Assembly (NCBI GenBank): GCA_963664405.1
Contig: OY761158.1
Coordinates: forward strand, 192,001-256,000
DNA length: 64,000 bases
Direction: 5' to 3'
Source of the DNA: Thermoanaerobaculia bacterium
GTDB lineage: Bacteria; Acidobacteriota; Thermoanaerobaculia; Multivoradales; Multivoraceae
A program made the translations under genes and the position numbers. How positions within the stretch are numbered: the first letter of the stretch is position 1; the number at the start of each line of letters is the position of its first letter. The notes below the pieces were generated by a model, which saw only the letters and a program-made list of their open reading frames with translations, was not told the DNA's origin and did not search any database. This document shows, piece by piece, positions 10,801-19,973 of the stretch.

Positions 10801-10996
10801 AGGGCACCATGATCGAGAGGTTGGTTCTTGCGAAAGTCGGGAGGAACTCGAGCGGCAAGCGCATCAGCGACAGCCAGCCCATGACGAGCACGCCGAGGAC
10901 GATCATCCCCATCGTCACCCGCCGCTCGACCGCCAGTCGCACGATCGGATTGATCGGAACTGGGGCTTCGGCCGGCTGCTTAGGGCCTTCCTTCAC
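7841..10996 (-). CDS. RND efflux transporter (subunit 2)
   Basis: GMLVDNSIVV, VNNAIVLID, RLRPIVMT; GTG start overlaps upstream TGA (GTGA). Confidence 0.95.
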   Translation of the reverse strand: MKEGPKQPAEAPVPINPIVRLAVERRVTMGMIVLGVLVMGWLSLMRLPLEFLPTFARTNLSIMVPYNSSSPEEIEREIVRPLEDILGTINGIERLTARASANAASIDIEFVAGTEMDLATVEVRDRIDRVREDLPDDLEQIRIRRFQSSDIPIMRFNLTADWENERLYEFAEDVIQRRLERLEGIALVEVSGLQTRQLNVNLSPSRMAAHGVGVRDLVTLLQINNVNLSAGYIREGSRKLLVRSIGELDRVEALRELPLNGAGLVLGDVATVEYDYPEREEYNYVNGEESLGFRINKASNANVLAVVNLVKAEMAAIAELPEAQGLRYQVYHDASKDVTLGLKQLRNTGIFGGFLAVVFMLVFLRRLRMTLLVALAIPLSLVLTFVFMYLYRVAGLGDITLNVMSLMGLMLAVGMLVDNSIVVIESVVRHRQTLGEEAKTAALRGASEVAMPIICSTLTTVCVFVPLIFLSGGNDPFSNQMKSMGLTVVIVMVSSLLVSLTIVPTTAAILLKGGKDREHPLFDRVVDAYGGVLGFTLRHRLAFSLIVIAMLWGSYDLYQGIGRAIEERSFERQISLMVRTPTDYSVEQKEELFSTLYNLFDSHREELEIADVSYSYKRGSAVEMSRMGGGSRLEFFLTPEEEAELSTLEVQERIEALVPVIAGVKTTIGRTQRGPRGGSRTGVQIELSGDDGAILEYLGDELMTRLRDLPFVKDVDSSLESGDEEIHVEVNRERALQVGLSSEVVARIINNSLSTRPVTYFKGEDKEIGMVVQYREEDRETLDQLKKMNIRTADASLPIGSLASFKTVPGPRTIDRENRSSKLTITMETGGNTPSFAMMGIVSSFLGNLSLPPGYGWSLGRSFRFAQQEEQNSAFALLFALALIYMIMASLFENFLQPLTILFSVPFAFIGVGVIMKLAHQPKGNSSEMGLIILAGIVVNNAIVLIDHVNHLRKTGLGRTEAIVQGGRNRLRPIVMTAVTTILGLSPMVAPYFLPGVFGHMEGRAATWAPIGLIILGGLTTSTFLTLMIIPTIYSLIDDAMLFMKRLVRAA

Positions 10997-13900
10997 GCCG
11001 TTCTCACGACTCGCTTCATGAACAGGACCACGTCGTCGACCAAAGAGTAGATCGTAGGAATGATCATCAAGGTCAGGAAGGTCGATGTCGTCAGTCCGCC
11101 GAGAATGATCAGCCCGATCGGCGCCCACATTGCCGCCCGGCCCTCGACTTGTCCGAACACCCCGGGAAGGAAGAAAGGGGCCACCATCGGTGATAGGCCG
11201 AGAATGGTGGTGACTGCAGTCATCACAATGGGCCTTAGGCGATTACGGCCGCCCTGGATGATGGCCTCGGTACGACCCAGGCCGGCTTTCCGTAGGTGAT
11301 TGACATGATCGATGAGGACGATAGCGTTATTGACCACGATCCCGGCCAGAATGATCAAGCCCATCTCGGTGGAGTTGCCCCGCGGCTGGCTGGCGATCTT
11401 CATCACCAGTCCGACCCCGATGAAGGCGAAGGGTATCGAAAAAAGAATGGTCAGCGGCTGCAAGAAGCTCTCGAATAGGGAGGCCATGATCATGTAGATC
11501 AGGAGCAGTGCAAAGAGCAGAGCGAAGGCCGAGTCCTCTTCATCCTGCTGCGCGTACATGAAGCTCCGCCCCATGCCCCAGCTGTAGCCAGGAGGCAAAC
11601 CGATACTGCCGAGGAAGCCGGAGACCGCGCCCATCATCCCGAACGAGGGGATATTGCCCTCTGTCTCGATAGAGATGCTGAGCTTGGACATCCGGTTCTC
11701 GCGCTCGATCCTCTTGGGACCAGGCACCGACTCGAAGCTCGCCAGACTCCCGATCGGGAGCGCAGTCTCTTCGGTGTGAATGTTCATCTTCTTGAGCTGT
11801 TCCAGCGTTTCGCGGTCTTCCTCGCGGTACTGCACCACCAACCCGATCTCTTTGTCTTCCCCCTTGAAGTAGGTGACCGGGCGGGTCGAGAGCGCGTCGT
11901 TGATGCTGCCCGCGACCATTTGGGTCGACAGGCCGGCCTGAAGTGCCCGCTCGCGATTCACCTCCACGTGAATCTCCTCGTCACCGCTCTCGAGAGACGA
12001 GCCGACGGCTCTCACAAAGGGCAGCTCTACCAGGCGATCCATTGCCTGCTCGCTCAAGTACTCGAGAATCGCACTGTCGTCGCCCGTGAGCTCGATCTCC
12101 ATCCCGCCCTTTCCGCCCCCCCGCCCTCGCATACTTCGCCCAACAGTGGTCTCGACCCCGGCCAGCACCGGCAGTATCTCGTCGATCTTGTCGCGAATCT
12201 CCAGGGTCGAGAGCTTCGCCTGTTCCTCCGGCAGGAGGAAGAGCTCGAAGCGACTGGAGCTCCCGTGGTAGGACTCCTTTCTGCTCCCTCGTCGGTAGCT
12301 GTAGGAGATATCCGCGATCTCGAGCTCTTCGCGCTTGCCATCGAAAAGTCTGTAGAGATCATCGAAAAGCGCCTCCTTCTGCTCGAGAGAGTAGCTTCGG
12401 GGGGTGCGAACCGCCAACGAGACCGAACGCTCGAACGACGGTATCTCCATCGTGCGCTCGATTCCCTGGTAGAGCTCGTAAGAGCCCCAGAGCATCAACA
12501 TCACGATCGAAGTGAAGGCGAGTCGATGCCTGAGGGTGAAGGCAAGCAGATGACCGTAGCCCAATACCACCCGGTCGAAGATGGGGTGCTTGCGCTCTCT
12601 CGACCCGGTGAGGAGTAGCGCTGCCGCCATCGGAATCACCGTCAAGGACACCAGCAGCGACGCCACCATTACGAGCACCACCGTCAAGCCCAGGCTTTTC
12701 ATCGAGTCGGCGAAGGGGTTGGTGCTGCTGCTGCTCAGAAAGATCATCGGCACGAACACACAAATGGTCGTCAAGGTCGAGCAGATGATCGGCATCGACA
12801 CCTCGCTCGCTCCTCGCAGGGCCGCGGTCTTGGGCTCTTCGCCAAGCGTCTGACGATGCCGCACCACCGACTCGATGACCACGATCGAGTTATCCACCAG
12901 CATCCCGACCGCCAGCATCAACCCCATCAGGCTCATCACGTTGAGAGTGATGTCGCCGAATCCGGCGATGCGATAGAGATACATCAAGACAAAGGTGAGC
13001 ACCAATGAGAGCGGTATGGCGAGGGCAACCAGGAGCGTCATGCGCACGCGACGCAAGAAGACCAGCATGAACACGACGGCGAGGAAGCCACCCAAGACGC
13101 CCGTATTGCGCAACTGGCTCAGTCCCTTGTTCACGTCCACTGAGGCATCGTGGTAGATCTGGTAGCTGAGCCCCTCCGCCTCGGGCAGCTGCTGAATCGC
13201 CGTCAGCTCCGCTTTCACTCCGTTCACCACCGCGAGTATGTTCGCGTTCGAAGTCTTGTTGATCCGGAGTCCCAGTGCCGGCTGGCCGTTGAGAAAGTCG
13301 TACTCCTCCATCAGCGGGTAGTCGTATTTCACATCCGCGACATCGGCGAGGGTGAGTCCGGCGGCATTGAGGGGGAGCTCACGCAGATCTTCGGCGCTGT
13401 CGAGCTCGCCGATGCTGCGGACCAGGAGCTTGCGGCTGCCTTCTCGGATATACCCGGCGGAGAGAGTGAGGTTGTTCTGCTGCAGGGTCGTCACCAGGTC
13501 CCGCACCCCGATACCGTGGGAGGCCATCCGCGAAGGCAAGAGATTGATCTCCAGCTGGCGGGTCTGCAACCCATAGACCCTGACCTGGGCAACTCCCTCT
13601 ATGCGCTCGACCCGCCGCTGAATCACCTCTTCGACGAACTCATTGAGGCGCTCCGCCTCCCATTCCGCGGTCAGGTTCGCGCGCAGGATCGGAATATCAG
13701 AGCTCTGAAATCGATGTATCCGGAACCGCTCAAAGTCGTCGGGAAGTTGGCCCCGAATGCGGTCCAGCCGATCGCGGACCTCCACCGCAGCCAGGTCCAT
13801 GTCGGTATCGCTGACAAATTCGAGTGATACCTCTCCGTAGCCGGCGGCAGCCCGCGCTGTCAATCGCTCGACTCCATTGATGGTTCCGAGAATGTCTTCC

Positions 13901-14133
13901 ATCGGCCGCACGATCATGCGCTCGACCTCCTCCGGCGAAGAGGAGTTGTAGGGAGCATTTACCGAAATATGTGTCGAGCCGAAGGTGGGCAAGAACTCCA
14001 GGGGGAGACGGAGCAGAGAGAGCCAACCCATGACCAGCACGCCAAGGACGATCATCGTCATCGTCACTCGCCGCTCGACCGCCACCCGAACGACGGGATT
14101 GATCGGGACGGGGGCCTCAGTAATCTTCGTCAT
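10993..14133 (-). CDS. RND efflux transporter (subunit 1)
   Basis: Same RND motifs; close paralog of 7841-10996. Confidence 0.95.
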   Translation of the reverse strand: MTKITEAPVPINPVVRVAVERRVTMTMIVLGVLVMGWLSLLRLPLEFLPTFGSTHISVNAPYNSSSPEEVERMIVRPMEDILGTINGVERLTARAAAGYGEVSLEFVSDTDMDLAAVEVRDRLDRIRGQLPDDFERFRIHRFQSSDIPILRANLTAEWEAERLNEFVEEVIQRRVERIEGVAQVRVYGLQTRQLEINLLPSRMASHGIGVRDLVTTLQQNNLTLSAGYIREGSRKLLVRSIGELDSAEDLRELPLNAAGLTLADVADVKYDYPLMEEYDFLNGQPALGLRINKTSNANILAVVNGVKAELTAIQQLPEAEGLSYQIYHDASVDVNKGLSQLRNTGVLGGFLAVVFMLVFLRRVRMTLLVALAIPLSLVLTFVLMYLYRIAGFGDITLNVMSLMGLMLAVGMLVDNSIVVIESVVRHRQTLGEEPKTAALRGASEVSMPIICSTLTTICVFVPMIFLSSSSTNPFADSMKSLGLTVVLVMVASLLVSLTVIPMAAALLLTGSRERKHPIFDRVVLGYGHLLAFTLRHRLAFTSIVMLMLWGSYELYQGIERTMEIPSFERSVSLAVRTPRSYSLEQKEALFDDLYRLFDGKREELEIADISYSYRRGSRKESYHGSSSRFELFLLPEEQAKLSTLEIRDKIDEILPVLAGVETTVGRSMRGRGGGKGGMEIELTGDDSAILEYLSEQAMDRLVELPFVRAVGSSLESGDEEIHVEVNRERALQAGLSTQMVAGSINDALSTRPVTYFKGEDKEIGLVVQYREEDRETLEQLKKMNIHTEETALPIGSLASFESVPGPKRIERENRMSKLSISIETEGNIPSFGMMGAVSGFLGSIGLPPGYSWGMGRSFMYAQQDEEDSAFALLFALLLIYMIMASLFESFLQPLTILFSIPFAFIGVGLVMKIASQPRGNSTEMGLIILAGIVVNNAIVLIDHVNHLRKAGLGRTEAIIQGGRNRLRPIVMTAVTTILGLSPMVAPFFLPGVFGQVEGRAAMWAPIGLIILGGLTTSTFLTLMIIPTIYSLVDDVVLFMKRVVRTA

Positions 14134-14174
14134 CAACGCATCTCTCGGGCAAGGAAGCGAGCGGCGAAGGGACG

Positions 14175-14690
14175 CTACTTGCGTCCCTCGCTGCCCTGGG
14201 CAGAGGCGTGCAAGCGCTCGGCCTGCTCCAGGTTACGAGCGTCGATCTTGGCCATCATCTCGTCGAAACGAAGCTTCTGCCGCGGATCCAGGAGATCCCG
14301 AATGTCGTGCCGAAAGGCGTCACGGATGTCGCAGTAGGCGTACCGAGAGCTCTCCCAGAACTCGTGGGCCTCATGTCTGTTCTCGCCCAGACTTTCTTCC
14401 AGCCGTGCGACTTGAGCCGCATCGAGAGCAAGCTCCTCGCTAAAACTGGAGAGCAGACGCCGATGCAGGCGCTTAGCGAAGGACCGGGGGTAGCCGGGCT
14501 CGTCCTCGATCGAGAGCGGACCTCTATCGTCGCAGATGAACCACATCGGAGCTTGCGCCTTCTGCGGCGAGGCGTCGGCGAAAACCGACTGCGGCTGGAG
14601 AAGCAGGCGGTCGACGATCACTCCCAAGCAGAGGCCCACCACCACCGCCAACCCGAGGGAGGACCACATCCAGTTCTTGGCGTTCACCAT
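14175..14690 (-). CDS. Membrane-anchored periplasmic helical protein, Spy/CpxP/ZraP-like
   Basis: N-terminal TM; 'EELALDAAQ..L' and 'IRDLLDPRQ..FD' resemble LTxxQ repeats; follows sigma/anti-sigma. Confidence 0.6.
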   Translation of the reverse strand: MVNAKNWMWSSLGLAVVVGLCLGVIVDRLLLQPQSVFADASPQKAQAPMWFICDDRGPLSIEDEPGYPRSFAKRLHRRLLSSFSEELALDAAQVARLEESLGENRHEAHEFWESSRYAYCDIRDAFRHDIRDLLDPRQKLRFDEMMAKIDARNLEQAERLHASAQGSEGRK

Positions 14691-14704
14691 AGCCGTCTTC
14701 TCCC

Positions 14705-15139
14705 TCAGAGATCGCCCATGGCGATACGCAGCACCGGCTCCACTTCGGTGCTTTCTAGAGTCACGTCATCTACGCCGTTACCCACCGCAAGTCTCTCCAG
14801 CTGGACCAGCGGATCGATGCGATCATCAGAAATCCAAAGCACCGCCGCGGCGGTCACGACCGCGCTCACCGCAATCGGTATCAGGCGAAGGGCCACCCAT
14901 CGCCAAGGGGGAACAGCTCTTAGCGAAGCCAACATCTGGTCGCGACGCTGGCGAAAGCGCACCACAAAGAACGGATCTTCCCGGGCGACGTCCGCGGGAA
15001 CGCGCAACAGGTCGGAGATCTGGCTGAAGTCATCGATCTGTTTGGCCACCTCTGCCGACGCCTGGGTCTCTTCCCCCCGATCGGCACTCTCGCGATCGAA
15101 GATCACCGAGGCCAATGAATCACTCGTCTTTCGGTTCAT
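14705..15139 (-). CDS. Putative single-pass anti-sigma factor
   Basis: Overlaps ECF sigma stop; cytoplasmic 'DPFFVVRF', one TM, short periplasmic tail. Confidence 0.65.
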   Translation of the reverse strand: MNRKTSDSLASVIFDRESADRGEETQASAEVAKQIDDFSQISDLLRVPADVAREDPFFVVRFRQRRDQMLASLRAVPPWRWVALRLIPIAVSAVVTAAAVLWISDDRIDPLVQLERLAVGNGVDDVTLESTEVEPVLRIAMGDL

Positions 15140-15704
15140 CCCCTGCCCCTTTCTTCAACAACTCCTGTGCTCGCGCCCGCAATCGGAGCCGGGCGCGATG
15201 GATCCGAATCTGCACCGTTCCCATCGGCCACCCCAGTACCTCTGCGATTTCGGCGTAGGTCATTCCCTCGATCTCTTTCAGCACCAGCGGGCGACGATAT
15301 TTCTCCGGAAGCTCGGCCAGATAGACCCCGAGTCGACGACCGAAATCGCGGTCCTCGAGACGTTGCTCCGGGCTCCCCGGCTCAGCCATCTGTCGGATCC
15401 TCTCCTCGCCCTCTTCCCCGGCGACCTCACGCTTCCGAGCTTTTCGCCGCAACTGGTCGTGGGCCCGATTGATGGCGATCCGATACAGCCAGCTGCGAAA
15501 GGCTTCGACGCGCCCCAAGGAGTCGAGACGCTGATAGGCCTGCAAGAAACTCTCTTGAGCAACATCCTCGGCGAGCATTCGGTCTCGGAGATAGCCATAC
15601 GCCAACTTCCTCAGCGGCACCTCGTAGCGCTTGACCAAGGCTTCGAAAGCACTCTCATCGCCTCCGCGGAAGCGAGTGACGAGCACTCCATCAGGGTCGG
15701 CCAA
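15120..15704 (-). CDS. ECF sigma-70 factor
   Basis: AEDVAQESF, FRSWLYRIAIN, MTYAEIAEVLG...GTV..RIHRAR. Confidence 0.95.
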   Translation of the reverse strand: MADPDGVLVTRFRGGDESAFEALVKRYEVPLRKLAYGYLRDRMLAEDVAQESFLQAYQRLDSLGRVEAFRSWLYRIAINRAHDQLRRKARKREVAGEEGEERIRQMAEPGSPEQRLEDRDFGRRLGVYLAELPEKYRRPLVLKEIEGMTYAEIAEVLGWPMGTVQIRIHRARLRLRARAQELLKKGAGDEPKDE

Positions 15705-15734
15705 AGCCTTCTCGCTCAGAACTACCGCTCGAGT

Positions 15735-15765
15735 CTAGGACGAGTTCAAGGCGGCTTTTATTTCA
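15735..15765 (-). promoter_or_regulatory. Candidate autoregulatory ECF promoter TGAAAT-N17-CGTC
   Basis: Minus strand tgaaataaaagccgccttgaactcgtccta, an AT-rich islet about 35 nt upstream of the sigma start. Confidence 0.4.
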
Positions 15766-17192
15766 GTGTCGTCAGGCGGCGTCGGACGATCCTCGGACTT
15801 GGCTCCCCCGCGCCGAGCAAGAACGCTCTCGAGGTAGGACAGCCCCTCTTCGAGAGTATGGAAGGCGCCATCGAGCTGAGCCTCGAAGCAGAGCTCGAGA
15901 AGTGGACCGAACTCGGGCCCCGGGCTCATTCCACGCTCGATGAGATGACGCCCCATGACCAGCGGTCGCGGTCGCCTATCGGCCACTGCGAGCTCTTGCG
16001 CGCGGGCCAGAAGCCAAGTCGCCGACGGGTCGCCGTCCGCCGGCAGTGGAGGACGGCCCGCTGCGTCGGCCTGGGCGACCCGCACCAGCCGATCGATCCT
16101 TTCCACCCGATTCGCCAGGCGTCGCACCGCGCTTTCGCCGGCACTGGCCTCGTATAGTTGGCGGGGTTTCAGATGTTCGCGCACCAGCGGAACGACGTCC
16201 TCGACCAGATCGCTCTGCTGAGTCAAACGCGCCAAGAAGGTACGGGTCGGGCCTTCTCCACCAGCTTCATGCCCTCGGGAACGAATTCTGCCGCCTTCCT
16301 CCCGCGTCGTCGCAGGCTTGCCGAGGTCATGGCATAGACAGGCCAGGCCGACGACCAGATCCTCGCGCTCCTCGCCCTTCCCGAGACGCTCTTTCGCGAA
16401 GGCGTTCATGACATGCAGAGTGTGGACCCAGACATCGCCCTCGGGATGCCACTGGGGATCCTGCGGGCAGTCGATCAGAGCCGCCAGCTCGGGGAAGTAA
16501 TCGGTCCAACCGGTGTCGCGAAGAAAGGCGAGCCCGTACTCGATATCTTCGCCTTGAAGCAGCAGCTTGCGCCACTCTTCGAAGACGCGGTCGCGGGCAA
16601 GCCCCTCAGTCGTCATCTGCCGACAGATCTCGATTGTCTCCGGCGCGGCCTCGAGAACGAAGCGCGCACAGAGTTGCATCCCCCTCAAGACTCGGAGTGG
16701 ATCTTCAGCAAAACGCTCCGAAGTGTGACGAAGGACCCTCGCCTCGAGATCCTTGCGCCCCTCGAAGGGATCCTCTACATCCCCGTCGAGAGGGTCGAAG
16801 AGAATCGAATTGATCGTGAAGTCACGACGACGAGTGGCCTCGCCCAGGGGCATCTCGGGATCGGCCTCGACCATGAAATCGCCGTGACGGGAGCCCGTTT
16901 TGCGCTCACGACGTGGCAGCGACACGTCGATGGGCAGATGACGGAGCTTGAAGACCGCGAACGAGGCACCCACCGTATCGATCTTCCAATGCCGCTCCAG
17001 GGCCTGCTGCAACGCCTGCGGGGAAAGTCCGAAGACTTCGATGTCGAAGTCGATCACCCGTCGATCCAGGTGCGCGTCTCGGACAGCGCCTCCAACCAGA
17101 AACCCACGACCCCCCTCTGTGCGCACCGCCGAACAGAGACGCTCGATCGTCTGCAAATGCTCCGGGTCCGCCTTGAAGGAGTCGAGTCTCAT
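15735..17192 (-). CDS. cca: tRNA nucleotidyltransferase / poly(A) polymerase family with HD domain
   Basis: GGAVRD, DFDI, RRDFTIN, EDPLRVLR, HPEGDVWVH, HDLGK. Confidence 0.88.
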   Translation of the reverse strand: MRLDSFKADPEHLQTIERLCSAVRTEGGRGFLVGGAVRDAHLDRRVIDFDIEVFGLSPQALQQALERHWKIDTVGASFAVFKLRHLPIDVSLPRRERKTGSRHGDFMVEADPEMPLGEATRRRDFTINSILFDPLDGDVEDPFEGRKDLEARVLRHTSERFAEDPLRVLRGMQLCARFVLEAAPETIEICRQMTTEGLARDRVFEEWRKLLLQGEDIEYGLAFLRDTGWTDYFPELAALIDCPQDPQWHPEGDVWVHTLHVMNAFAKERLGKGEEREDLVVGLACLCHDLGKPATTREEGGRIRSRGHEAGGEGPTRTFLARLTQQSDLVEDVVPLVREHLKPRQLYEASAGESAVRRLANRVERIDRLVRVAQADAAGRPPLPADGDPSATWLLARAQELAVADRRPRPLVMGRHLIERGMSPGPEFGPLLELCFEAQLDGAFHTLEEGLSYLESVLARRGGAKSEDRPTPPDDTEIKAALNSS

Positions 17193-17200
17193 CAGATTTC

Positions 17201-17749
17201 TCAGAGGCGAGCGAGAAGACCTAGCGGGAGTCCCACAACGAGCTCTTGCAGTGCTGCGGCGTTTTGTAGCGGTTCGCCGAGGGCGAAGGCACGGATCTCG
17301 AAGTGGCCGGCCCAAACGAAAACCTGCTGGTCAGCGAAAACGGAGGCGGGTCGGCCGCCAATCTCCTCGCTACCCCAGCCTTCCATCGACTCTTCGGTGA
17401 GATCGGGGCGGTAGAAGAGCTCGAGACGGGCCACGTCTCCACTCTCCTGGGTCCGCAGGACCAGAGAAAAATGGTCGCCGCCGTCCTGGTCCACGTAGAG
17501 TAGATCGCCACTACAGGAAGCGCAAAGGGTCTCGGCTGATGGCAAGAAAGCCCCGAGCGCGGCCGCCAGGTCCTGACCCTCGGCGGCCGACAGCTCGGTC
17601 GCCGCCGAGGCACCTCTGAGCTGCTGCGCCAGATCCGCCAGCTCGGGTGGCAGGGCCTCTTCGCGCGCCCTGTCGGAACAGCCTTGCACCATGGGCATCA
17701 GTAGAACCAGCATGGCCGCTGTAAGAGATGGAGAACGAAGTACGGTCAT
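17201..17749 (-). CDS. Hypothetical lipoprotein (CxxC 'CASC')
   Basis: Hydrophobic leader ending MVQGC; fills the gap; start uncertain. Confidence 0.6.
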   Translation of the reverse strand: MTVLRSPSLTAAMLVLLMPMVQGCSDRAREEALPPELADLAQQLRGASAATELSAAEGQDLAAALGAFLPSAETLCASCSGDLLYVDQDGGDHFSLVLRTQESGDVARLELFYRPDLTEESMEGWGSEEIGGRPASVFADQQVFVWAGHFEIRAFALGEPLQNAAALQELVVGLPLGLLARL

Positions 17750-17868
17750 GCGCGGAGGGTCGAGTGGAGCGTGAGGACTCTGGCGCAGTTGATAGTATGC
17801 CAGTGAACGATCCTCGCGCCCGGGGTGGTAGGTCCCTCGGCGCTTCTCTGTTTCCTGGAGGTTCCGAG

Positions 17869-18807
17869 ATGTTCCGCCGAATCACTCCTTTCTTACTGTC
17901 GCTGCTCTTGATCTGCGCCGCCGCTGTGGCGCAGGTACCGGGAACCCTGACCGGCCAGGTCTTCGATGAGAATGGCGACCCGATCGCCGAAGTCAAGATC
18001 ACCATCACCGACCCCGAGGCCGCTACTTTTCTCCAAGAAGAGATGACCGACAAGAGAGGCAAGTTCAGCATCCGGGTCAACAACTCGGTGCCTCGTTACT
18101 ATTTCAAGTTAGAGAAAGAAGGCTTTCAGAGCATGATCGTGCCGGAGGTCAAGATTCCGGGACGTGCCCGAACACGGAGAGATTTCGACCTGATCTCGGC
18201 GGCCGCCGCCCTGGCCGCTCGCGACCCGGAAGAGATCGAGAAGGGTAATTACGTCAAGCTCTACAACCAGGGCGTCAGCGCTCTCGAGGCCCAGAGCTTC
18301 GGCCTTGCCAAATCGCTCTTTGAAGGGGCTCTCGAAAAGAAGGCGGACTACGGGCCCGCCCACGGTGGCTTGGCCCGCGTCTACTGGAAGCAGGAAGATT
18401 GGGAGAACGCGCTCAGTTCGGCGCAACGCTCAGTCGAGCTCAATCCCGACGACACCGAAATCCAGCAGGTCCTCTACGCCGCCTACAACGGGCTGGGGCA
18501 GACCGACAAGGCCAAGGCCATCCTTGCCGAGATGCAGGCGAGCGACCCCGCGAAGGCGGGTCTCAACATGTTCAACGAGGCCGCCGATCTCTACAACAAC
18601 GGCCAGCTGGCAGAAGCGAAGGGAATGTTCGAGCAGATCCTTGCCGTTCAGCCGGACCACGCCAAGACCCACTACATGCTCGGTCTCTGCTACGTCAGCG
18701 AAGGAGCGAACGCGGAAGCCAAGGAGCACCTCAACCGCTTTCTCGAGCTTGATCCAGAGGACCCTGACGCCGCCACCGCGCAGGAGATGCTCAAATACGT
18801 CGAGTAG
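17869..18807 (+). CDS. Secreted carboxypeptidase-regulatory-like domain + TPR protein
   Basis: SD GGAGG; signal peptide; 'LTGQVFDENGDPI' beta-sandwich; TPR repeats. Confidence 0.85.
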   Translation: MFRRITPFLLSLLLICAAAVAQVPGTLTGQVFDENGDPIAEVKITITDPEAATFLQEEMTDKRGKFSIRVNNSVPRYYFKLEKEGFQSMIVPEVKIPGRARTRRDFDLISAAAALAARDPEEIEKGNYVKLYNQGVSALEAQSFGLAKSLFEGALEKKADYGPAHGGLARVYWKQEDWENALSSAQRSVELNPDDTEIQQVLYAAYNGLGQTDKAKAILAEMQASDPAKAGLNMFNEAADLYNNGQLAEAKGMFEQILAVQPDHAKTHYMLGLCYVSEGANAEAKEHLNRFLELDPEDPDAATAQEMLKYVE

Positions 18808-18834
18808 GCGTGCGTCGCCAAGATTGCACTCCTC

Positions 18835-19311
18835 TTGAGCGCTCAACCTCTCCCCCATTCCGAGGGCTGCTTCGTTTGCGGCGAGGCCAACCCCCACGGT
18901 CTACGGCTGCGCTTCTTCAATGGAGACGGCTGGGTCTTTACTCGTTTCGAGCTTCCGCAGCACTTCCGAGGCTTTCTAGACCGGACCCACGGCGGCGTGG
19001 TGTCGGCGCTGGTCGACGAGGTCATGGGATGGGCGACGGTCATGCGCGGCCGCCGCTTCTCTTACACCGTCGAGCTCAAAGTTCGATTCCACCAACCTGT
19101 ATCACTCGTGACCCCGCTTCTGGTGCGGGGGCGAGTCGCACGACACACCCGCAGACTCTCCTTTGCCGAAGCGGAGATCCGCGACGACTCCGACCGACTC
19201 CTGGTCTCCGCCGAAGGCAAGTTCGTGATGTTGAGCAAAGGGGAGACTGTGGAGATCGCTGGCGCCCTGATCTACTCCCCGGAAGCTTGGCGGGTCCTTG
19301 GCGAAGAATGA
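18835..19311 (+). CDS. PaaI-family thioesterase
   Basis: CFVCG..NP.GL, HGG...ALVDEVMG. Confidence 0.88.
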   Translation: MSAQPLPHSEGCFVCGEANPHGLRLRFFNGDGWVFTRFELPQHFRGFLDRTHGGVVSALVDEVMGWATVMRGRRFSYTVELKVRFHQPVSLVTPLLVRGRVARHTRRLSFAEAEIRDDSDRLLVSAEGKFVMLSKGETVEIAGALIYSPEAWRVLGEE

Positions 19312-19367
19312 GACCGGGTCAATCGTTCTATAGCAGGCGGGACCGAGTACGTCGCTTGATGCCAGCC

Positions 19368-19973
19368 CTAAAGGCTGACGCCGCGCTCTCGGAGCTGCTC
19401 ACGAAGCAGGTCAGCGCCCTGAAAAACCTCGCCATCGATGCCCAGGCTCCTCGCAGACTGCACATATTGCGCGATGTCGTCGGTGTAGAAGCACTCCCCC
19501 GCCGCGCAACCGGCGGCTCCCAGCGCCTGCTTGAAAATCTTCTCCTCCGGCTTCACCGCTCCGAGCTGATGAGACAACACTAAGTGATCGAAGTACTCGA
19601 AAACGGGGAACTCGCGTAGTACGTGGCTACTATGCACCTCGCAGGTGTTGGAGAGGACGACTAGACGGACCCCCTCCTCATGTAGATCCTCGACGATCTC
19701 GGCAACAGCCGGGTCGGCGTCGAAGATGTCCGTGGCCGCCACGCAAGCTTCCGCGAAGGTCGCCTGCCGGCTGCCGACCCTATTGAGCCTGTGCCACAGA
19801 TCCTCGGTACTGACCTCCCCCCGATCCAGGAGCTCAGCCAACCCAGATTCGAAGATCTCCTGGCGGATCGTTTCAGTCGAGGCGCCGTAGACCTCCGCAA
19901 GCTGCCGGCACATGCGCTCATGGCTGAACGCCAGAATCACGTTCCCGATGTCAAAGAGAACCGCGCGAATCAT
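19368..19973 (-). CDS. HAD phosphatase (YihX-like)
   Basis: FDIGNV, LSNT, KP, TDD. Confidence 0.88.
   Translation of the reverse strand: MIRAVLFDIGNVILAFSHERMCRQLAEVYGASTETIRQEIFESGLAELLDRGEVSTEDLWHRLNRVGSRQATFAEACVAATDIFDADPAVAEIVEDLHEEGVRLVVLSNTCEVHSSHVLREFPVFEYFDHLVLSHQLGAVKPEEKIFKQALGAAGCAAGECFYTDDIAQYVQSARSLGIDGEVFQGADLLREQLRERGVSL

Noticed and set aside
10997-11128. Similar N-terminal extensions 'MGADR.DH..' on the RND2 and MFP ORFs (also 7845-7976)
   Set aside because: Alternative-frame read-through of the duplicated RND 3' ends; true starts overlap the upstream stops.
14208-16157. 649-aa plus-strand ORF
   Set aside because: Antisense shadow of four well-supported minus-strand genes; no recognisable motifs.
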